A stretch of 64,000 nucleotides of DNA, taken from contig OY969724.1 in NCBI GenBank assembly GCA_963702205.1, forward strand, positions 1,856,001 to 1,920,000, written 5' to 3'. The position numbers were made by a program, and so were the translations under genes. This DNA is from an uncultured candidate division Zixibacteria bacterium. GTDB taxonomy: Bacteria > Zixibacteria > MSB-5A5 > GN15 > PGXB01. This document shows, in pieces, positions 57,921 to 64,000 of the stretch (within the stretch, counting starts at the first letter, position 1; every line of letters begins with the position of its first letter). The notes under the pieces were generated by a model that worked only from the letters and a program-made list of their open reading frames with translations, was not told the origin of the DNA and did no database searches.

Positions 57921-59066
57921 ATGAAGTCGCTGTTGAAAAAATTGAAACCGGTTGAAGTCAAATTAAAATACGCCCTGGTCGGCGTGTTGTCGTATGTCCT
58001 GAAGCGATCGGTAAAAAAAGTCGGCAAGCCGGATTTTACGCGGCCACTTAAGGTTCTCTTTATCCGGCATGAAAGAATCGGCGATAATTTTATTGCCTTT
58101 CCGGTGGTTGATATACTGAAAAAAAGATACCCGAATTGGAATATTTCATGGCTGACGTCACCCCGGAGTTTTGATCTTGTCTCTGAAGACCCCCGCTTCT
58201 CGGAAGTGTACCTGTATTCGAAAAATATGATCCGAGACAGGAAACTGATACGCCGTGTAAGAAAACAAAAATACGATATAGCCGTTGACCTGATAAATAG
58301 CGATTCGGTTTCGGCCGTGATGTTGACACACCTGCTGGCGCCTAAAGCTTACAAAATAGGGATGGGTAAGGCCAGGAACGCCGAGTATTATCATGTCAAC
58401 TCGGCGCACCCGTTCCATTATTCGAACCGTCATATTCTGGAAACCACTCTTGACCTTGTACGTTATATGGGGGTGGAGCCCGCGGAGGCCGACCGCTTTT
58501 GTCCCCCGTATATAAGTGATACCAAAAAACGCAATGTCACTGAGTTCCTGAATGGCGTGAAATCAGGCGATGACGGCTGGCCTCTGGTTGGGGTCAATAT
58601 CTGTTCCGGAGAACCGACTCGCGAATGGGGTGCGGATAAATTCGGTCGGGTGATCGCCACCTTACTCGATAAGTACCCTGCCCCACGGTTCATTGTGATA
58701 GCCGACCCGAGTTCCTATGATATGGGCATTAAATTGGCGGCATCTTTCGGCGACCGGGTTTATATCCCTCCGAAACCGATGGATATATGCACGGTCGCGG
58801 AACTGATTTCACGATTGAACCTGCTGATAACCGGTGATACCTCGCTTTTGCATTTTGCCCGATCTTATCGTATACCGGTCGTCGGTTTGTATCTTTATCA
58901 CAAACTCGACGTCTGGTTTCCGTACGCTCAACGGTCGGGAATGATATGTTCTGATTCGGAAAAACATCTGTTCAACATTACGGTCGATGAAGTTCTTGAT
59001 AAGGTTTATGAAATCGGCGAAAAATACAAAGTACCGGGATTGGGAACATGCCCGACTCACACCTGA
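57921..59066 (+). CDS. Glycosyltransferase family 9
   Basis: IRHERIGD, REW, TGDTSLLHFA. Confidence 0.88.
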   Translation: MKSLLKKLKPVEVKLKYALVGVLSYVLKRSVKKVGKPDFTRPLKVLFIRHERIGDNFIAFPVVDILKKRYPNWNISWLTSPRSFDLVSEDPRFSEVYLYSKNMIRDRKLIRRVRKQKYDIAVDLINSDSVSAVMLTHLLAPKAYKIGMGKARNAEYYHVNSAHPFHYSNRHILETTLDLVRYMGVEPAEADRFCPPYISDTKKRNVTEFLNGVKSGDDGWPLVGVNICSGEPTREWGADKFGRVIATLLDKYPAPRFIVIADPSSYDMGIKLAASFGDRVYIPPKPMDICTVAELISRLNLLITGDTSLLHFARSYRIPVVGLYLYHKLDVWFPYAQRSGMICSDSEKHLFNITVDEVLDKVYEIGEKYKVPGLGTCPTHT

Positions 59067-60157
59067 AACGTCTCGAATTCAAAATAAAGGCCGCTTACCT
59101 TAAGTTGTTCGGTTTGTTTTTCGGCAGGGCAAACCGCGAGGGTGCTGCGTTAGATCCGGACAATATAAAGAAGGTGCTGTTTATACGTCCCGATCGCCTC
59201 GGTGATACGATTTGTTCCCTGCCTCTGATCGATGCGGTTAAAAAATATATCCCCGGCGTCAAAATCGGAATTATCGGTTCCGACCGAAACCGAGTCCTGC
59301 TCGACAACGACACGCGCTTCGATGAAATATATATATATCACCGCAATATTTGGAAAGATATACGTATGGCCCTGAAAGTCCGCCGACAGAAGTACGATTG
59401 CCTGATCGATCTTATGGCCGACGACAGTGCCACGTCGCTTTCGCTGGTGCAGGTTTGCTCGGGCGGCGGGATAAAAATCGGGGTCGGGAAGAGAAAGCAG
59501 GCCGAGTACTATGACTATAATGTCGATTATGACAAAGGCGGACCGGACCATATAATAGATATCTATCTGAGCGTCTTAAAGGCATTCGGAATTGACCCGT
59601 CTGGAAGTAATAGATGTGCCCCGCCATACATACCGGACTCAGCAAACGAAAAAGCCGACAACTTTCTGTCTTCGCTGCCGGAGGCAGAGCTTACCATTGG
59701 CTTTAACCTCTCCGTACGTCTGAGCAATCGTATCTGGGGCCATGAGAAATCGTGTAGACTTATCGAGATGATATTGCGCGATTTTCCCAACGTGCGCATT
59801 ATCATCATGACCGCTCCGGCCGATCGTGCCAGAGGCGTTGCTATACAGGCCCGGTTCGATGAAAGGGTATATCAAGTCCCGGAAGAATTGAGTTTCCTCG
59901 ACGCCTGCGCCGTTATCTCACGGCTCGATATGCTGATTACGGCCGACACTTCGGTTGTGCACGCCGCGCGTTCATTCCAAGTCCCGGTGCTGGGCATGTA
60001 CCCTGAATTCGCCGGGATATACAAACAGTGGTACCCGTACGGTCAAAAAGACGGCCTGGTGCTATCCAAGGGCGGCGATGATATATTCGGTATTGAGCCC
60101 GAGCAGGCCTTTGAGACCTTTGTCTCGCTGATGAATACTATCAAGGTGAAAGCCTGA
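59048..60157 (+). CDS. Glycosyltransferase family 9
   Basis: IRPDRLGD, RIW, TADTSVVHAA. Confidence 0.88.
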   Translation: MPDSHLKRLEFKIKAAYLKLFGLFFGRANREGAALDPDNIKKVLFIRPDRLGDTICSLPLIDAVKKYIPGVKIGIIGSDRNRVLLDNDTRFDEIYIYHRNIWKDIRMALKVRRQKYDCLIDLMADDSATSLSLVQVCSGGGIKIGVGKRKQAEYYDYNVDYDKGGPDHIIDIYLSVLKAFGIDPSGSNRCAPPYIPDSANEKADNFLSSLPEAELTIGFNLSVRLSNRIWGHEKSCRLIEMILRDFPNVRIIIMTAPADRARGVAIQARFDERVYQVPEELSFLDACAVISRLDMLITADTSVVHAARSFQVPVLGMYPEFAGIYKQWYPYGQKDGLVLSKGGDDIFGIEPEQAFETFVSLMNTIKVKA

Positions 60158-60158
60158 T

Positions 60159-60917
60159 ATGAAAATATCCGCCGTCATAATCACGATGAACGAAGAGCAC
60201 AACATCGCGCGCTGTCTGAAAGCGTTGTCGTGGGTCGATGAAATTATAGTAGTCGATACCGCTTCGACCGATAGTACAACCGTGATTGCGGAGCGGATGG
60301 GTGCAAAAGTCCATTCGATACAATGGCAAGGCTACGGCCCGACCAAGCAGTATGCGATAGACCAGGCCGCCGGCGACTGGATACTGTCGGTCGACGCCGA
60401 TGAGATCGTAACCCCCGACCTGGCCGAAGAAATCCGCATCGCCACGGACGACCCGAACGCCGCCGATGGCTACGAGCTGGCGCGCCTGACCAATTTTATC
60501 GGTCGCTGGGTCTATCATTCGCAGTGGTATCCGGATTATGTCCTGCGTCTGTTTCGACGGGGCAGGGGTCGGTTCACCGAGGCTCTGGTGCACGAGAAGT
60601 TAATCGTCGACGGACCGACGGCGCGTTTGAAATCGCCCCTGCTGCACTTTTCGTATCCCAACCTGGCGTCGTACTTTCACAAAACCGCCAAGTACAATGA
60701 TCTGGGCGGAAAAGATTCGGTGCGTCGCGGAAAGTCGGCCGGTTCGGTGTCACTTATTTTCAGACCGATCGCGACTTTCTACCGGCATTTTGTGTTCCAC
60801 CTCGGTTTTCTCGACGGATGGTCCGGATTTTTTATAGGAATTCTTTCGGCTCATCGTAATTATTGCAAGTATTCGCACCTTAGAAAACTCGATGTGACCG
60901 ATAAAGGGCGACCGTAA
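60159..60917 (+). CDS. Glycosyltransferase family 2 (WaaE/KdtX-like)
   Basis: ISAVIITMNEE, STDST, DADE, RLF, VHE, GFLDG. Confidence 0.9.
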   Translation: MKISAVIITMNEEHNIARCLKALSWVDEIIVVDTASTDSTTVIAERMGAKVHSIQWQGYGPTKQYAIDQAAGDWILSVDADEIVTPDLAEEIRIATDDPNAADGYELARLTNFIGRWVYHSQWYPDYVLRLFRRGRGRFTEALVHEKLIVDGPTARLKSPLLHFSYPNLASYFHKTAKYNDLGGKDSVRRGKSAGSVSLIFRPIATFYRHFVFHLGFLDGWSGFFIGILSAHRNYCKYSHLRKLDVTDKGRP

Positions 60918-60986
60918 GCACGGCCGCATATAGATTATTCCGTTAGTATTGGTTGCTTCAGAAAAATAAAGTTATATACTTGGCCT

Positions 60987-63143
60987 ATGGCAATGCTTAA
61001 CCTGGCAGAATTTATTATTCGCGTTGAGGCTTTCAACGCCAATATAAATATCACGCTGATCCGTCGAGCCTATGAGTTTTCCGAAAAAGCTCACGCCGGA
61101 CAAATTCGCGAATCGGGCGAACCGTTTTCGGTACACTGTCTCAACGTCGCTTTAATTTTGGCCGAACTTCATCTGGATTCGACCACTATCGCCGCCGGGT
61201 TACTCCACGACGTGGTCGAAGACACCGATATCGGGCTGGACAAAGTCAAAGAAGCTTTCGACGAAGAACTGGCCGGACTGGTGGATGGTGTCACCAAACT
61301 GGGGACGGTGGAGTTTAAGTCGGTTCAAGAGCAGCAGATTGAGTATTTTCGCAAAATGCTTTTGTCTATGGCCCGTGACATCCGGGTTATTTTGATAAAG
61401 CTGGCCGACCGTCTGCATAACATGCGGACTCTGGAATATCTGCCACCGGCCAAACGGATGCGCATCGCGACCGAAACGCGCGAGGTCTACGCTCCGCTGG
61501 CGCACCGTTTCGGAATCGCGCGCGTCAAGACCGAGCTTGAGGATCTGTCTCTGAAATTTCTCAAGCCCGACGTCTATTCCGATCTGGCCAAGAAGATCGA
61601 AATGTCGCGCGAAGAACGCATGGACTATATCAACCGCGTGGAAGAGCCGATCAAAAAAGTTCTTCAGGAAGCCGGCATAAAAGCCATCGTGCAGGGCCGC
61701 CCGAAGCATATCGACTCGGTCTACCGTAAGATTCGGTTCCGCAAAGTCCCGTTCGATCAGATAGCAGACCTTCTGGCCATACGGATCATCGTGGGCACCA
61801 AGGCCGAATGTTATCACGCGCTCGGACTGGTGCACGAGCTCTGGCCGCCGGTGGCGCAGAAGTTTGCCGATTACATCGCCAACCCCAAGCCGAATAATTA
61901 TCAGTCGCTGCACACGGCCATTTTCGGGCCCGATAATAAGATTGTCGAAATACAGATTCGAACCCGTGAGATGCACCATATCGCCGAAAACGGTATCGCC
62001 GCCCACTGGCTCTACAAGGAGGGTCGTCAGCAGCTGGATAAAACCGACCGCCAGATGCTCTGGCTCCGCGATATTCTGGAATGGCAAAAAGATATGACCA
62101 ATCCGTCGGAGTTTCTGGAATACCTGAAAATTGACCTCTTCGCCGACGATATTTATGTCTATACCCCGGCCGGTGAATTAAAGCATCTCCCGGCGGGAGC
62201 CACGCCGCTCGATTTCGCGTTCGCCGTGCACACCGAAGTCGGTTTCCATTGCAGCGGCGCGAAAATCAACGGGCGTATCAGCCCGCTTAGTACTATTCTA
62301 CAATCCGGCGACAAAGTCGAAATTATGACCAGCCCGCACCGTCACCCCACGCAGGACTGGCTAAAGATTGCCGGGACGTCCAACGCCCGTTCCAGAATCC
62401 GTCGCTGGTTGAAACAGTCCGGTTACGAGCAGGCCCTGGCGCTCGGCAAAGAACTGCTCGAACGGGAGCTCAAGAAAAATCATTTGAGCGTCCCGGCCGA
62501 CGATGAATTTCTCGAAGTTGCCCAGAAAATGTCGTTCAATTCGGTCGACCAATTGTTTTATTCTCTTGGCAACGGCGATATTTCCGTGCGGCAGGTGATG
62601 ACCCGCATAACACCCGAAAAGGAAAAGGCGGGGTCCGACGGTTCGGTGGTCGAAAAAGTCCTCGAAAAATTCCGAACCGAGCGCGGCATAAAGGTGCAGG
62701 GACTCGACAACATGATGTTTCAGTTCGCGGGGTGCTGCCAGCCTATACCCGGAGAAGAAATTGTCGGATACATAACACGCGGGCGCGGGGTTACCATCCA
62801 CCGGGCCGATTGCAGTATGCTTCAGGAATTGTCGGCCGAGCCGGACCGGTTTATTCCCGTATCGTGGGACGTCGACCGGAACCAGACGTTTGTGGTGCGG
62901 CTGGAACTGAACGTCGAGCCGCGGAAAAATATCCTGGCCGAAATCACGGAATCGATTGCCGACAGCAAAACCAACGTGCGCGGGGCCGATATTAATCTGT
63001 CGGACACCACGTCGGTCGGGACGATCGTGGTCGAGGTCAGCAGCCTCAGCCAGCTCGAACGAGTCCTGAAACGAATCAAAAAAGTTAAAGGAGTTATTTC
63101 CGTCCGTCGTTTTACGGGGGGAGAGCCAGTGCAGGATCAGTAG
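60987..63143 (+). CDS. rel: Bifunctional (p)ppGpp synthetase/hydrolase (Rel/SpoT)
   Basis: LLHDVVED (intact HD), KLADRLHNMRT, YQSLHT, EIQIRT, TGS, CCQP, ACT. Confidence 0.96.
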   Translation: MAMLNLAEFIIRVEAFNANINITLIRRAYEFSEKAHAGQIRESGEPFSVHCLNVALILAELHLDSTTIAAGLLHDVVEDTDIGLDKVKEAFDEELAGLVDGVTKLGTVEFKSVQEQQIEYFRKMLLSMARDIRVILIKLADRLHNMRTLEYLPPAKRMRIATETREVYAPLAHRFGIARVKTELEDLSLKFLKPDVYSDLAKKIEMSREERMDYINRVEEPIKKVLQEAGIKAIVQGRPKHIDSVYRKIRFRKVPFDQIADLLAIRIIVGTKAECYHALGLVHELWPPVAQKFADYIANPKPNNYQSLHTAIFGPDNKIVEIQIRTREMHHIAENGIAAHWLYKEGRQQLDKTDRQMLWLRDILEWQKDMTNPSEFLEYLKIDLFADDIYVYTPAGELKHLPAGATPLDFAFAVHTEVGFHCSGAKINGRISPLSTILQSGDKVEIMTSPHRHPTQDWLKIAGTSNARSRIRRWLKQSGYEQALALGKELLERELKKNHLSVPADDEFLEVAQKMSFNSVDQLFYSLGNGDISVRQVMTRITPEKEKAGSDGSVVEKVLEKFRTERGIKVQGLDNMMFQFAGCCQPIPGEEIVGYITRGRGVTIHRADCSMLQELSAEPDRFIPVSWDVDRNQTFVVRLELNVEPRKNILAEITESIADSKTNVRGADINLSDTTSVGTIVVEVSSLSQLERVLKRIKKVKGVISVRRFTGGEPVQDQ

Positions 63144-63146
63144 AGT

Positions 63147-64000
63147 ATGCTTTCTCGTCGTTTCATAATTCTGTTAATCGCCACGCTTCTTTTTGCGGGA
63201 CAGGTCGTCCTCTATTGGGATTATTCCATCGATGACGCTTATATCACGTACAGATATTCCGAGCACCTGGCCGACGGCCACGGTCTGGTTTTCAATATTG
63301 GTGACAAGCCGATTGAGGCCTATTCCAATGCCTTATGGATGTTCCTGCTTAGTCTTCTTTATCTGGTCGGATTTCCGACCGTACTGACCGCGAAAATTCT
63401 CGGCATTGTTTTCTTTGTCGCCGCCGGGTGGCTGTGGTTCTGGCATTTTCGCAATGACATCTCGAAATATGCCTGGCTGGCCGGGCCGCTGTTTTTACTC
63501 TGTCCTCTGACCGCTTTTTGGGCGGTCAGCGGCCTTGAGTTGGGATTGCACTGCTTTGCCATCGTTCTGGCCGTTATTTTTATTTTGCGCCGGTCCCGCT
63601 GGAGCTGTCTGCCTCTGGCGCTGATTGTCTGGGGACGCCCCGAAGGCTTTATGACGGCTTTTGCCATTGTCGGCGCTGCTATAACCTCGGACATGCTTCA
63701 AAAGAAACTGCGATTTAAGGAATATGTTTGGCCAATCGCCTCGATCGCTTTCGCGATAGCGGCAATAACGATATTGCGCCTGATCGTTTTCGGGCTGCCG
63801 CTTCCGAATACTTTCTATGTCAAGACGGGCAAAATCTCTTTTCATGTCATGGCCATTTACGGCATGGTCGTGCGGTTTATCCCGGTGTTCACTTTGATGC
63901 TTTGGGCCATGTGGGCCGCCGTGAAAAACAGGCTGGCCGACAAAGCGGTTGTTATAGCGTTGGCGGCATTTATTACGCAATTCATAGTATCGAGTCTGGT
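63147..64000 (+). CDS. Polytopic membrane protein, GT-C fold glycosyltransferase-like, 3' end outside window
   Basis: Not in the ORF track because it has no stop. ATG 63147 reads MLSRRF...SIDDAYITYRYSEHLADGHGLVFN...SGLE...RPEG...LPNTFYVK. Confidence 0.75.
   Translation, partial: MLSRRFIILLIATLLFAGQVVLYWDYSIDDAYITYRYSEHLADGHGLVFNIGDKPIEAYSNALWMFLLSLLYLVGFPTVLTAKILGIVFFVAAGWLWFWHFRNDISKYAWLAGPLFLLCPLTAFWAVSGLELGLHCFAIVLAVIFILRRSRWSCLPLALIVWGRPEGFMTAFAIVGAAITSDMLQKKLRFKEYVWPIASIAFAIAAITILRLIVFGLPLPNTFYVKTGKISFHVMAIYGMVVRFIPVFTLMLWAMWAAVKNRLADKAVVIALAAFITQFIVSSL

Noticed and set aside
1..64000. CRISPR arrays, IS elements, integrases, prophage genes, rRNA
   Set aside because: No regularly spaced repeats, transposase, integrase or phage motifs, or rRNA-like stretches were seen.

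Overview
Bacterial genomic window, mostly housekeeping, from a diderm and probably anaerobic organism. The C-terminal dockerin proteins, TPR-ExbB-ExbD-ExbD-TonB cluster and eukaryote-type citrate synthase suggest an FCB-related lineage such as Zixibacteria, but this is inference only. Contents in order: a Ton/Exb motor cluster with three TonB paralogs; an unusual block at 7.4-13.0 kb (tandem NrdR-like boxes, a stand-alone NrdJ-tail-like zinc ribbon, a Hel308/Ski2-like helicase with an internal start before a C-terminal winged-helix domain, and a Lon protease whose ATPase motifs are degenerate); two secreted dockerin proteins; miaB; a pseudo-kinase/HDOD signalling pair; pepA; PFOR, dcd and Rrf2; an FAD/Fe-S oxidoreductase, cobO and trxB; two histidine kinases; citrate synthase; pckA, an aminotransferase, pta and prfB (programmed frameshift); gdh; an MsbA/GT9/GT2 LPS cluster; and rel. 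Four genes carry +1 frameshifts, all next to GTAC, which suggests methylation-linked base-calling errors rather than pseudogenes. Four sigma28-type promoters are visible. No rRNA, tRNA, CRISPR array or mobile element was found.
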